This document shows positions 28,134 to 39,235 of a DNA stretch of 55,086 nucleotides, piece after piece. The stretch is from Syntrophomonadaceae bacterium (GTDB taxonomy: Bacteria > Bacillota > Dethiobacteria > DTU022 > UBA8154). The position numbers and the translations under genes are program-made. The notes below the pieces were generated by a model. That model worked only from the letters and a program-made list of their open reading frames with translations, was not told the origin of the DNA and made no database searches. The DNA lies in assembly GCA_003563895.1 (NCBI GenBank), contig PWTK01000007.1, forward strand, positions 1 to 55,086. Reading direction: 5' to 3'. Position 1 is the stretch's first letter, and every line of letters begins with the position of its first letter.

Positions 28134-29435
28134 TCATTTCACTGGACGGACGACGATCCGCCCTCCCTCCACCCTGACAACCTCTACGGTCTCATCCGCA
28201 TAGATATATACTCCTTCGCTGACCGTGTCGAACCTTTTTCCTTCGATTTCCACCGTTCCGGAGGGGCGCAGGGGGGTCACGGCCCGGCCCTTTTTCCCCA
28301 TAAGGGCGCTGTAATCATCTGAGGTGCTATAGCCCGCCTCCCGGGTGGCCGCGTCGGAGAGCACAAAGCTGCGCAGGAGGCCTTTCCGTCGAAAATACCG
28401 GTATGCCGCGTAGCCCGCCCCCGCGGAGATGAAAAAGGAGATGAAAAGCATGTAGAACCCCAGGGCTGTCGAGGCCGCAGCGAGCACGATGGCCACAAAG
28501 ACCGCCACCAGGCCGCCGACCCCGAAAATGCCAAAACCCGGCACAAAAGCCTCCACCAGGAGGGAGGAGATGCCGAGCAGAAAGAGAAAAATGGCCTGCC
28601 ATCCGCTTACCCCGGTGAAAAAATGCCCGCCAAAATAGAGGCCAAAGCAGATCAAACTTAAGAACCCGCCCACGCCGAAGCCTGCCGTCAGGACCTCTAC
28701 GAACAGGAAGAAAAAGCCTAATATCAAAAGGAGGGTGGCTACTACAGGATTGATCAGCCACCCGCTCAAGTTTTCCCAAAAGCTCGGCGAGGTGCGGACC
28801 AGCTCCGCCTCAGGCAAACCCACGGCCTCCAGGATCTCCTCGAGATCATTGGCGCTGCCGTCGCTGAATTCCAGGTCTTCCGCTTCACCGGCGGTAAGGG
28901 TCAAAAGCTCTCCGCGCTCCACCAGGTCTTCGATGCTTATGTCCTTACGCACCATCGCCTCTGCCAGGCGGGGATCCTTCCCCTGCCTCTCCGCCGCGCC
29001 CCTCATCTCCGCTTCCCAAAAGGAGAGAAACTTCTCATCCACCTCCCCGCCGCCCATAATGACCGGCTCGGCGGCCCCGATGGTGGCCCCCGGTGCCATG
29101 AAAAAGCCGTCTGCCGCCAGCGCCAGGTAAGCCCCTGCGGAGAGGGCATCGGTGTTCACGTACACGTAAACCGGTGCCTCAAAGGCATCCAGCAGCTTTT
29201 TTGCTTTCTGGGCCGTGTCGATATAGCCGCCGGGGGTGTCCATATCCAGCACAATCGCTGGAGCGCCGGCCCCATCTGCCTCTTCCAGGGAACGCTCCAG
29301 GAAAAGCAGCCACCCCGGCTCAATTTGGTCCCGCACGGGAATCACGTAGACGGGCGAGGAGCCGGCCTGAAAGGCCACTGCGCCGAACAAAACCAGCGAT
29401 AAAAGAATCAAAACAGCGGCAATTTTTTTATTCAA
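28134..29435 (-). CDS. nfeD: NfeD-family membrane serine protease (long form, YqeZ-like)
   Basis: DTPGG, SAG, TM core, C-terminal OB fold LRPSG. Confidence 0.9.
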   Translation of the reverse strand: MNKKIAAVLILLSLVLFGAVAFQAGSSPVYVIPVRDQIEPGWLLFLERSLEEADGAGAPAIVLDMDTPGGYIDTAQKAKKLLDAFEAPVYVYVNTDALSAGAYLALAADGFFMAPGATIGAAEPVIMGGGEVDEKFLSFWEAEMRGAAERQGKDPRLAEAMVRKDISIEDLVERGELLTLTAGEAEDLEFSDGSANDLEEILEAVGLPEAELVRTSPSFWENLSGWLINPVVATLLLILGFFFLFVEVLTAGFGVGGFLSLICFGLYFGGHFFTGVSGWQAIFLFLLGISSLLVEAFVPGFGIFGVGGLVAVFVAIVLAAASTALGFYMLFISFFISAGAGYAAYRYFRRKGLLRSFVLSDAATREAGYSTSDDYSALMGKKGRAVTPLRPSGTVEIEGKRFDTVSEGVYIYADETVEVVRVEGGRIVVRPVK

Positions 29436-30127
29436 GGGGGGCCTCCTGTGAATGGGAAAATGAAATCAGCCTGAGCCTAAGACGGGAGGTAAGAACTTCT
29501 CATTACTGAACAGTGATTGACTGAAATATAAGGTAATAGAGAAGTATTCAACAGGAAACAAATAATTCCTCTATTGCCGCGATATCTTGCCGCAAAAAAA
29601 GCAAAGAAAAAACCCCTTTTAACTCGGAGCTTAAATATATAAAGTATTATTTGACTATCTATAGTTTATCATACTATTTAGCATTAAGTACGCCCCGGCG
29701 AAAATTATTTCGCCCGGCGAAAAAACTCAATAGCAACAGCGGATTCTCCCGGAAAAGAAGCCGATATTCGCCGGGAGGGCACAGCTGACAGCTGGGCCAA
29801 GCAGGAAGTCATAAATCTGTTAAGAACCGCCTGCCAGTATGCTTCCCGATAGTAAGCGGCGGCCAGGGCGAGAAAGCCCGTGGCCGCACCGCTGCCGGCC
29901 GAGAGCGCCGGGCAGGGGGCAGGAGATAATAATCGCTCCGCAGCCCCGAAAAAGGATACCCGCCCTATTTGCCGGCAACAGGAAACCCCGGCCGTCCTGT
30001 CAAAAACCGGGGCCACCCGTGCCAAACCAGTGCTTCATTGATCCATTTTCCGCCCGCCCGGAACGAAGTATCGGACGCCGCTTTGAGCGGCCTGTCCAAC
30101 CGCAGCAGCGAAAAAAGCGGCGGCTCA

Positions 30128-30415
30128 TCACGCTTCCTCGCCAGAGCGCACTTTATCAGGGCTTGCCGCTTTAATAATGCGATCCATCCAGTGGCTGTAA
30201 TAGGAGATGGAACAGTTGCGCGGTGCAGCCTCATAAGTATTGTAGCAGTCCTCTGAACAGAAATACCGCATGCGGCAGCCTACAATCCTTTCCAGCCTTG
30301 GGGAGTAAGGACAGAGCTGCTCCCCGCAGAGATACTTGCTGCAGTAGGCTTCGTGAGGGTAGATTTCCTCTCCGCAAGTGGGACAGAATTCGGTGGTGCA
30401 GTTTTGTGTATACAC
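30128..30415 (-). CDS. Small Cys-rich putative metal-binding protein (10 Cys)
   Basis: SD GAGGAGG upstream of GTG 30415; CPTC...FCSEDC (TRASH/FCS-like). Confidence 0.7.
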   Translation of the reverse strand: MYTQNCTTEFCPTCGEEIYPHEAYCSKYLCGEQLCPYSPRLERIVGCRMRYFCSEDCYNTYEAAPRNCSISYYSHWMDRIIKAASPDKVRSGEEA

Positions 30416-30489
30416 TTGGTTCACCTCCTCAAGGTAACACTATTAATTCCATAGTTATAATTTATTTAATAGTGTTTGCTTGATGTCAT

Positions 30490-30518
30490 ATTATAAGGGA
30501 CGGCCCGCCAAAAGTCAA
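30490..30518 (-). promoter_or_regulatory. Sigma-A promoter of the Cys-rich protein
   Basis: TTGACT -17- TATAAT on the minus strand. Confidence 0.7.
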
Positions 30519-31008
30519 CCGTTTTCAAAAAATAAAAAATTCACTTTAAAAATTGTTCAACTGGTAACATGCTCGTCCGCTTTCCACCCCGCCCCTGCCC
30601 CGAACTGTCCGGCATTTCACCGCACGCCGCCTCAAGGCCCATGGTGCAGAAGGCAACAAAAAAACCCGGCGCCCTTTTGAAAGGACCGGGATAGCACTTA
30701 CGCAATAATTGATTCTCCTGCAGAAACCAGGTTGCTGGCTGATAAAGAATTATTCCACACTTAATAGGGATAAAACACACTATATTTGATATCAGCACCT
30801 ATCTTTCAGTTAAAAAGAAAAACTTTCCTCCACTTTTATGATGCAGCGGGTGAAAAAGTGCCTTTTTCGGTGGAATCAATAATGTCATTCCACCAGGCGG
30901 GTCAGCCTGGCACAAGCGGGCTGGACTTTTGGCAGCACGGCTTTTGGCAAAGTTGGCTTTCGCCCCTGTCCCCTGCCAGGGCGCCTCCTGCCCCCTTGCA
31001 GGCCCTGC

Positions 31009-31587
31009 TCAACCGATGCGCACCCAGCCGGGTTTCCTTTGCTTCCTCCTGCGGATAAATTTTACCGCAAAGAAAACGGCCAGCCCGACAATGGCGATCA
31101 CCAGAAGGGGGAGCAGAACGGAAACCACCGCCATGACGGCCGAGACCGCGGTCTCCAGGGCGGACAGGATGGGGTTGGCCGTTCCGCCGGAAACCCCTGT
31201 GGAACCGGCATGCAGAAGGGAACTGGCCGTTTTGGTGGTCAGAGAAGCCCCGCCGCCGGCAATAATCGCCAGGGACCAGGCCACGAGAGGATCCATGTCC
31301 ACGATGACCGAGGCGGTGATGATCACTCCGGCCAGAGCTGCCGCCGGGGCAGCGGCGACGCCCAGGAGATTGTCCACCAGGGGAAACAGGTACGCCAGCA
31401 CCTCCAGGATGGTGGCCACCAGAAACACCGTAAAGGCGGGGTGACTGCCGATCCATTCAAAGCGGGGGGACAGCTCCAGGTGTCCCGTCATGGCCGCAGC
31501 GCTCAGCACCAAAAAAGGCAGGAAAATGCGGATGCCCGCCGTGGCGCTGAGCCCGATGCCGACCAAAACCGTGATAAAGAGTTCCAT
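31009..31587 (-). CDS. DUF4126-type membrane protein
   Basis: GIGLSATAGIRIFLP, EVLAYLFPLVDNLL, GGTANPILS. Confidence 0.8.
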   Translation of the reverse strand: MELFITVLVGIGLSATAGIRIFLPFLVLSAAAMTGHLELSPRFEWIGSHPAFTVFLVATILEVLAYLFPLVDNLLGVAAAPAAALAGVIITASVIVDMDPLVAWSLAIIAGGGASLTTKTASSLLHAGSTGVSGGTANPILSALETAVSAVMAVVSVLLPLLVIAIVGLAVFFAVKFIRRRKQRKPGWVRIG

Positions 31588-32487
31588 CCCATCTCTCCTT
31601 TAAGCAAGCCGGCCGGAAACATGCCGACCGGAAGCATATGTGTCGCTTGGGCTTCCACTCCTATTCTACCACATCCCCATCAAAAACGACCCCCCCCTCT
31701 ACGCAAAAATAAGTGCGCCGCCCCCCTCCCTCAAAAAAAAGCCCCCACCTGTCGCACCGCCGGCCGCGGTCCCGGAACAGCGACAATCCCGGGAAAATAG
31801 CGGGGCCAAAGCTCCACCGCCGCCTGCGGAACCGGGGACACAGCGGAAAGATAACCCGGAACAAAGCTCAGAAGCCCGTTACCTCTGTCGATGCAGCCGC
31901 TAAAGCCGATAGAGTTTGCCTGCCCTGTCGCTTCCAAAAATTATATTGCCGCCGCCGGCAGATAGTGCTAAAATGCAAGTAAATGCGCGCGGCAAGACCC
32001 GCCGCGGGAATGTTCCGGCCATCCTTCCCTCCGCCTGACAGGGAAAAGGGATTTTGCGTTATCTTTCACCCATCCAGGTATACATTTTTCCCGGGAAACA
32101 TACCCGGCTGACACTGCGCCCGGGGATGATGCCGGGCAATCGACTGGAAGCCCTGCCTGTGCCTGCTTTTCCTTGGGCTTCACCCTTGCAAAAGGCCATG
32201 CGCCTTTACCAAAGGCGAGTGCCCGGCTAAAATAACGTGCAGTCGTAAAAAGGTTTTAGGCCCTTAATTCTCAATTTCTGAACAAAATTTGGCAAGAATT
32301 TTCGATAAGGCACCTTAAATGTTATGGTTCTGGCTTGTCCAGGTTGGGGTATTGCAGCTGGCTTAAGCCGGGCAGCTGCAGGAGGTGCTGGCCCTGGCTG
32401 CGGTTGTTCACCTGCCCGAGGCCGAACTGCAGAAATTGTCCCGCAGCCGTTTGAAAGCATGTTAACCGGGAAGCAGGGGGAATCGCG

Positions 32488-33195
32488 TTGAGCGGGACGC
32501 TGCTGACTGCCAAAAACATCCAGAAACGCTACCAGATGGGCGAAGTCACCGTGCACGCCCTGAAAGGCGTCGACTTGACCCTCTACGACGGGGAGCTGGT
32601 GGTTGTGCTGGGGCCAAGCGGTTCCGGCAAAAGCACGCTGCTCAATATCATCGGCGGCATGGATCAGGCCAGCGAAGGGGAGCTTTACTACGGTAACCTC
32701 CGCCTGCACGAGGCCGACGAGGGGGCGCTCACTCGGTACCGCCGCAGCGAAGTGGGTTTTATCTTCCAGTTCTACAACTTGATGCCCAACCTCACCGCCT
32801 ACGAAAACATCGCCCTCTCCGTGCAAATCGCCAGGGACCCCCTGGACCCGGATGAGCTCCTGGAACAGGTGGGCTTACGCGATCGCCGCGACCATTTCCC
32901 TTCACAGCTCTCCGGGGGGGAACAGCAACGCGTGGCCATCGCCAGGGGCCTGGCCAAAAACCCCAGCATGATGCTCTGTGACGAACCGACGGGTTCGCTG
33001 GACCTATCCTCGGGGATCCAGGTGTTGAAGCTGCTGCGGGATTTTTGCCTGAACTACCGGAAAACCGTGGTCATCATCACCCACAACACGGAAATCAGCC
33101 GGATGGCCGAGCGGGTGGTCTACATGAAAGACGGGTATATCGACCGGATCGAACGCAATGCATGCCCCGCAGCGCCGGAAAAGGTGAGCTGGTAA
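32488..33195 (+). CDS. ABC exporter ATP-binding protein (LolD/MacB-like)
   Basis: [21 protein letters not shown]. Confidence 0.93.
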   Translation: MSGTLLTAKNIQKRYQMGEVTVHALKGVDLTLYDGELVVVLGPSGSGKSTLLNIIGGMDQASEGELYYGNLRLHEADEGALTRYRRSEVGFIFQFYNLMPNLTAYENIALSVQIARDPLDPDELLEQVGLRDRRDHFPSQLSGGEQQRVAIARGLAKNPSMMLCDEPTGSLDLSSGIQVLKLLRDFCLNYRKTVVIITHNTEISRMAERVVYMKDGYIDRIERNACPAAPEKVSW

Positions 33196-35585
33196 TGCTT
33201 CGGAAAAAGATGTTCCGCGACCTCCTCGGCAACAAGGGGTCCTACCTGGCCTGCCTGGTTATCGTCCTCATCGGGCTGATCGTTTTCACCGCCTTTTCCA
33301 TCGCCAGGGACAACCTGAGCCTGGCCAAGGAAATGTTCTACCGCGAGCAGAACTTCGCCGACGGGTTTGTGGAGCTGGAATCCATGCCCCGCGGCTACCT
33401 GGGGCGCCTGGCCCGGGTCGAGGGGGTCCGGGAGATCAGCGGCCGGCTGATGGGGGAGGTGCGGGTACACGACCCCGCCCGGGAAGAGAGTGTCTACCTG
33501 AAAGTCGTCTCCCTCGACCTGGAAGAACCCCGCCGGGTTAACGATGCGCGCCTGTTGAAAGGAGAAGAGCTTACCAGCGGCCGCAGGGAGGCCTGGATAG
33601 ACAACCAGTTTTTTGATGCAAACCGCTTGGAGCTCTACCAGGAGCTGGAAATCATTGCGGGGGGGAGGGTCAGAACGCTGATCCTGACGGGCGTGGGAAT
33701 GAGCCCCGAGTTCACCTACCCCCTGAGGGACCTGACGGAGATTTATCCCAACCCGGAGCAGTTCGGGATTGCCTTTATACCCCTCCAGGACATGGACGCG
33801 CTCTTTCCTGAAAGGCGGGGCACGGTAAATGACCTTGCTTTCACCCTGGAACCCGGCGCCGATTTCGAGCGGGTCAAGGAACGCCTCGAGCCGAGACTGG
33901 AACCGTACGGGCTGAAAACCATCTATCCCAGGGATGACCAGATCAGCCACCTGGTTCTCACCGAAGAGTTGATCGCCATTGATGCCGTCTCCACCGCCCT
34001 GCCGGTAGTATTTCTGATCATTGCGGGCATCATCCTCTACATCATGCTGAAGCGCCTGGTGGAGCAGCAGCGCTCACAAATCGGGATCCTGAAGGCGATT
34101 GGTTACACGGACCGGGAAGTGGTTTTCCACTACCTCTCCTACGCGCTGATCGTGGGAAGCATCGGGGGGCTGGCCGGCGGGATCCTGGGCATCTGGCTCT
34201 CCCTCCCCCTGACCCATTTGCTGATGGAATTCTTTAACGTGCCCCGGGTTTACGACGCTTTCGCGAGCTATTACCTGGTCACGGGGGTTCTCATGTCCGT
34301 GGCCGTCTTTCTTTTCGCCGGCTACCAGGGATGCAGGCCCGTCCTGCGGCTGAAACCGGCGGAAGCGTTGCGGCCGCCGGCACCGCCCTCGGCGAGGAAG
34401 ACCCTGCTGGAAAAATTGAGCTTCTTCTGGAACATGCTCACCATCCAGGGCATGATGGCCGTGCGAAACCTCTCCCGCAAACGGGGACGAAGCGCCTTTA
34501 TGTTTTTGGGAATCATGCTCAGCAGCTCCGTGGTGGCCCTGACCTGGTCCTTTAACGAGTTGGCGGACCTCCTGGTTTTCTACCACTACGAAGAAGTGGA
34601 AACCTACGATGCCAAAATGACGCTGCGGAGCCCCGCGGCCAGGGAACCCATCCGGCGCGAGCTGGACAGCCTGCCCCAGGTTGTGCGGGCGGAACCCCTG
34701 CTGGAAATTCCGGCCACGCTGGCCCACGGCTGGCGGGAAGAAGACGTGCTGCTCCTGGGGATCCCCCGCGACGGCATCTACTACAACATTCTCGACGCGG
34801 AAGGCCGGCGTGTTGCTCCCTCCGAAAGGGGGCTCATTCTCTCCGATCGACTGGCCGAAAAACTGGAGGCGCCGGCCGGATCGACCCTGGAGCTTTCCAG
34901 CCCGCTCATGCGCGACGGGAATGACACGGAAATGGTGCCGGTACAGGCGGTGATCCCCCAGTATATGGGCATGAACGCGTACATGGAGATCTATGGGCTG
35001 GAAAATTTCCTGGGCCAGGGAAAGCTGGCCACCTCTTTCCTGCTGGGTGTCGGGGGCGCGGGAGGCCAGGAGATCCAGTCCACCATCGCAGCGCTGCGGG
35101 ATCGCTACGCTGAAAGCGAGATCGCCATCGGAGTGGACGGCCGGGAAGAGCGGATCCGAATGGCCCGGGAGCTTATGGAAACGTTTGGAAGCGTTATCTA
35201 CCTCTATGTCTTTATCGGCCTCATCATCTGCTTTTCCATCATCTACAGCTCGAGCTTCATTATTCTCTCGGAGCGCAACCGGGAGCTGGCTTCCATGAGG
35301 GTGCTGGGCATGACTTCCCGGGAAGTGTTCTCGGTCATCACCTTTGAGCAGTGGTTTATCAGCATCTTTGCCATCGTGGCCGGCCTGCCGCTGGCCCAGC
35401 TCATGCACCGGGGCCTGGCGAATGAAATGAGCACGGATTTATACAGCCTCCCCGGTGACATATCACCCAACGCCTTTTTTGCCGCGCTGGCCTTCACGGC
35501 CCTTTCCATCTGGATCGCCCAGCGCTTTGCTTTGAAAAAAGTGGAACAGTTAAGCCTCGTGGAGGTTTTGAAAACCGGTGAATAA
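33195..35585 (+). CDS. FtsX-like ABC transporter permease
   Basis: ATG overlapping the ATPase stop (TAATG); two MacB/FtsX halves (QRSQIGILKAIG, ERNRELASMRVLG). Confidence 0.9.
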   Translation: MLRKKMFRDLLGNKGSYLACLVIVLIGLIVFTAFSIARDNLSLAKEMFYREQNFADGFVELESMPRGYLGRLARVEGVREISGRLMGEVRVHDPAREESVYLKVVSLDLEEPRRVNDARLLKGEELTSGRREAWIDNQFFDANRLELYQELEIIAGGRVRTLILTGVGMSPEFTYPLRDLTEIYPNPEQFGIAFIPLQDMDALFPERRGTVNDLAFTLEPGADFERVKERLEPRLEPYGLKTIYPRDDQISHLVLTEELIAIDAVSTALPVVFLIIAGIILYIMLKRLVEQQRSQIGILKAIGYTDREVVFHYLSYALIVGSIGGLAGGILGIWLSLPLTHLLMEFFNVPRVYDAFASYYLVTGVLMSVAVFLFAGYQGCRPVLRLKPAEALRPPAPPSARKTLLEKLSFFWNMLTIQGMMAVRNLSRKRGRSAFMFLGIMLSSSVVALTWSFNELADLLVFYHYEEVETYDAKMTLRSPAAREPIRRELDSLPQVVRAEPLLEIPATLAHGWREEDVLLLGIPRDGIYYNILDAEGRRVAPSERGLILSDRLAEKLEAPAGSTLELSSPLMRDGNDTEMVPVQAVIPQYMGMNAYMEIYGLENFLGQGKLATSFLLGVGGAGGQEIQSTIAALRDRYAESEIAIGVDGREERIRMARELMETFGSVIYLYVFIGLIICFSIIYSSSFIILSERNRELASMRVLGMTSREVFSVITFEQWFISIFAIVAGLPLAQLMHRGLANEMSTDLYSLPGDISPNAFFAALAFTALSIWIAQRFALKKVEQLSLVEVLKTGE

Positions 35586-35612
35586 GAAAGCATCAGGGAG
35601 GGAAGCGGCACT

Positions 35613-36878
35613 ATGAAGAGGAAGTGGAAAATCATTTTCGGCCTGGCGGTCCTGCTGCTGGCCGGGGGGTTTGTTCTTTCCCGGGCACTGGGGGAAATAG
35701 AGGTGGAAGTCCTACAGGCCGCCCCCGGCGATATCCGGCGGAGCTTCACGGAAGAAGGGGTGGTCATCCCTGTCCAGGAACGGCCCGTCTACTCCCTTTA
35801 CACCGCCCTGCTCGACGAGCTCTTGGTGGAGGAAGGCGACCGGGTCAGCGAGGGGGAGCTGCTGGCCGTTTTGGACCAAAGCGAGATCAATTATGCGCTC
35901 GGGGAACTGGAGGCCCAGCTGAAAAGCCTGGAAGGGGAAAGGCTGCAGCTGGAAGATGGGCCCGGCCCGGCTGAACTGGAAAGCCTTGAGTTGAGGGTGA
36001 AAGAGGCGGAAGAAAGCCTGGACTCCGCTCAAAAAAATTACGAGCGGATTACCATCCTCTATGAAAGCGAGGCTGTCTCCGAGGCCGAGCACGAACAGGC
36101 CCGGGAAGCGGTGACAAAAGCAGAAACCTATCTTGCCCAGCAGGAAAAAGCGGTCAAAGTTCTGCACGAGGCATACGATCCGCCGGCAGGGCGCAAAAAG
36201 GTGATAGCGGCCAGGCGGGAGGCGCTCCTGGCGCAAAAGGACCTGCTCAACCACAGGAAGGAAAACCATCAGCTGAAAGCGCCCATCGGCGGGGTGGTCA
36301 CCGGCTTGAACATCGAAGAAGGAGGGATCGCCGGACCACAAGCTCCCCTGATGGGCCTGTACCAGCCTGAAAATTTGGAGGTGGAAGCGAAGGTGCTGAC
36401 CCGCGATGTCTTCGAGCTGACCGAAGGCATGCCGGTCACCCTGCGGCTGGATCTGAGGGAAATGGAACGCACCTTTCCCGGGGAGATCACGGCCATCGCC
36501 CCCTATGCGGAAGAGGGCCGGTCCCCGCTGGGGCTGGAGGAGGAGCGGGTCAGGGTGACCATCAGCCCGCAGTTCCCGGAAGATCTGGCAGTCGGACCCG
36601 GCTACAAGCTGGACGTGGAGTTTGCCACGGAAGAGCTGGAAGGAAAGCTGGTCGTGCCCAAAGCCGTCCTTTTCACCTACCAGGGAGAGGACGCCCTCTT
36701 TATCGCGGAAAACGGTCGGCTGAGCGTGCGCCGGGTGGAAACGGGCCTGGAAACCCGGCAGGAGATCGTCATCCGCGAAGGCCTGCAGGAGGGCGACCTG
36801 GTGGTCCTCAACCCCCAGCAGAGCAGCCTTGAAGAAGGCGCACGGGTTTCTCCGGTTTTAGTGGAAGGCGGGGGATAA
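35613..36878 (+). CDS. Efflux RND/HlyD-family adaptor subunit
   Basis: N-terminal TM, VEEGDRVSEGELL, coiled coil, APIGGVV. Confidence 0.9.
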   Translation: MKRKWKIIFGLAVLLLAGGFVLSRALGEIEVEVLQAAPGDIRRSFTEEGVVIPVQERPVYSLYTALLDELLVEEGDRVSEGELLAVLDQSEINYALGELEAQLKSLEGERLQLEDGPGPAELESLELRVKEAEESLDSAQKNYERITILYESEAVSEAEHEQAREAVTKAETYLAQQEKAVKVLHEAYDPPAGRKKVIAARREALLAQKDLLNHRKENHQLKAPIGGVVTGLNIEEGGIAGPQAPLMGLYQPENLEVEAKVLTRDVFELTEGMPVTLRLDLREMERTFPGEITAIAPYAEEGRSPLGLEEERVRVTISPQFPEDLAVGPGYKLDVEFATEELEGKLVVPKAVLFTYQGEDALFIAENGRLSVRRVETGLETRQEIVIREGLQEGDLVVLNPQQSSLEEGARVSPVLVEGGG

Positions 36879-37164
36879 GCCACCGCTTCCCACGGGTTGA
36901 AATCCTGTCCACTTCGGGCAACATTTACATCCATCGGGCAAATGGTGCCCGAAACACTTGATTTTTCCGGTGCACCACGTCTGGAAGGTAAATACGATAA
37001 GGAGCACTTGGTATGACAGCCCCCACCCTCATTCAATGTGGACCAAACAAATTCAGCCCCACCCACTTTTCCCGTTATCACGCCGGCCAGCACGCGCCTC
37101 TTGATCGGCGTGCTCCTCTTTTGGGCTTCACACCCCAGTCCTTTTTCAAAAAGCCTCGACAATC

Positions 37165-38484
37165 TCATCTGCCCAGCTGCTTCATTGCCAGCTCGGGCAG
37201 GTAGAGGGCGATCTCCGGAAAAGCGAACAGCAGGGCGATACACAGAAAAATGGCGATTAAAAAAGGCCAGATGCCCCTGAAGATTTGCATGACATCGATG
37301 TCTTTGGCCACGCCGGCCACCACGTAGACGTTGGCGCCCACCGGCGGGGTGATCACGCCCATCCCCAGCGCCAAGACCACGATCACGCCGAACCAGATGG
37401 GGTCATAGCCCAGCGCCAAAGCCACGGGGTAAAAAATAGGAGTCGTCAACAGGATCAGGGCCAGGGCGTCGATAAAGAGGCCCAGAATCAGGTAAACAAT
37501 GAGAATGACCACCAGGACGACCGTGGGGGGGAAGGGGGCTTCAATGGCCAGGGTGGCTACGGCCGAAGGCAGCCCGGTGATGCCGAGGAAGCGGCCGAAG
37601 ACAGACGCCGTCGCGGTCAAAAGCATGATCATCGCCGAAAGCCGCACGGCATCGTCCAGCGAGCGGATAAATCCCTTCCAGCTCAGCGACCGCCGAACCA
37701 GCGAAACCAGCAGGGTGGCCGCCGCCCCAACTGCCCCCGCTTCCGTGGGGGTCACAATGCCGAAAAACAGCCCTCCCATAACGGCGATAAAAATGACAAC
37801 AACCTCCATACCTCCGGTAAAAAGGGCCTTTACCTTCTCCCGCGTCGGCACACTCTCCCCCCGGGGTGCGGAAGTGGGGTCGCGCAGCACCTGCAGGTAC
37901 GCCATCAGCATGAACAATCCCATGAGAAGCAGGCCGGGAATAATGCCGGCCAGGAAAAGCATGCGGATGGATTCCCCGGTTGAAATCCCGTAAAGAATGA
38001 AGATGACACTGGGAGGGATCATCACGCCCAGGATGGCCGCCGCCGCGATGGAAGCCGTGGAAAAGGAGCGGCTGTATTGGTAGCGGTTCATCTCGGGCAG
38101 GGCCACGGCGCTCATGGTGGCCGCGGTGGCCGTGGTGGAGCCGCAAATGGCCCCGAAAGCCGTGCAGGCCCCGATGGTGGCGATGGAGAGCCCTCCCCGC
38201 AGGCTGCCCACCAGCTTGTAGGTGGAATCGTATATCTTGGAGCTGAGGCCCGAGTGGTAAGCGATAAAACCCATCCAGACAAACAGGGGCACCACGATCA
38301 GCGGATAGTTTGCGAAGGTGCTGTAAATGGTTTGGGAGGTCAGGGAGAGCGCCGCGGCGGGCGACCTCACGTAAGCATAGCCCCCCATGCCCACAACCAG
38401 CATGACAAAAGCTACCGGCATACGCAGAAAGAGCAGCACAAAAAGAAAAAACGTAGATATAAGGGCTACGTGCAGGGGCGTCAA
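37165..38484 (-). CDS. dctM: TRAP transporter large permease
   Basis: GAICGSTTAT, IPPS, TPTEA, ITPPVG. Confidence 0.92.
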   Translation of the reverse strand: MTPLHVALISTFFLFVLLFLRMPVAFVMLVVGMGGYAYVRSPAAALSLTSQTIYSTFANYPLIVVPLFVWMGFIAYHSGLSSKIYDSTYKLVGSLRGGLSIATIGACTAFGAICGSTTATAATMSAVALPEMNRYQYSRSFSTASIAAAAILGVMIPPSVIFILYGISTGESIRMLFLAGIIPGLLLMGLFMLMAYLQVLRDPTSAPRGESVPTREKVKALFTGGMEVVVIFIAVMGGLFFGIVTPTEAGAVGAAATLLVSLVRRSLSWKGFIRSLDDAVRLSAMIMLLTATASVFGRFLGITGLPSAVATLAIEAPFPPTVVLVVILIVYLILGLFIDALALILLTTPIFYPVALALGYDPIWFGVIVVLALGMGVITPPVGANVYVVAGVAKDIDVMQIFRGIWPFLIAIFLCIALLFAFPEIALYLPELAMKQLGR

Positions 38485-38978
38485 CGAAGCTCACTTCCTT
38501 TTGCTGCAATAATGACCGCTTTGATAAAATCCCTCAAAATGATCAGGGAGAGCATGATAAACCCGACCCCCACCAAATAAATAAAGGGCGCGATGGGGAT
38601 TTCCAGGTGGCCGGTGGTGTACCCCCTGGCCAGCATGCTTTCGCCGAGTTGCAGCATCTGGTAGGATAATACCGCCATAAAAATGAGCGCGAGCAGGCCG
38701 GTTATGCTGTCCACCAGGGCCTGTTTCCGCCGGGAAAAGCGGTTCACCAGTACGCCCACGGCGATATGGCCCTTTCTTTGATGGCAGTAGGCGATCCCCA
38801 GGCCCAGCAGGATGGACCCCAGTATTTCCACCATTTCCACCGTCCCGGGGATCGGTTTCCAGGGGATGCGGATCAAAACATTTGCCACGATCAGCGCCAT
38901 CACCGTCACCAGGGCCACCTGGGCCACCTGGGAGACGCGCCAGGAAAGCGCTTCCATGATCTGATCCAGATGTTTCAT
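38481..38978 (-). CDS. dctQ: TRAP transporter small permease
   Basis: 4 TM, GHIAV; between dctP and dctM. Confidence 0.9.
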   Translation of the reverse strand: MKHLDQIMEALSWRVSQVAQVALVTVMALIVANVLIRIPWKPIPGTVEMVEILGSILLGLGIAYCHQRKGHIAVGVLVNRFSRRKQALVDSITGLLALIFMAVLSYQMLQLGESMLARGYTTGHLEIPIAPFIYLVGVGFIMLSLIILRDFIKAVIIAAKGSELR

Positions 38979-39235
38979 AAACTGCGGCCTCCTACAAAAT
39001 TAAAATCGCCGTGCAGCGCAAGCCCGGGAAATGCCTTTCTCTTTTTTATCTGACTTTCGGCGGCGATGCCGCGAGCGGCCGGGCCAGCGCTGCTCCGTTC
39101 TGGCAACACAAGTGAAAGTTGGGTCTTTTAAAAAGAATAGAAAGGGCAACCGCAGCAAGGACTTGCGGAAGCCCTTCAGTTAACGGTATTTGATTGAATT
39201 GAGGGGAAAGATTTTTGCCCCTTTACGGGCCGGTT

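Noticed and set aside
30774-30792. NrdR-box-like sequence ACACTATATTTG
   Set aside because: Several mismatches and far from nrdD.
31600-32480. Small ORFs in the long gap before the ABC operon
   Set aside because: No SD, motif or coding-like composition; treated as intergenic.
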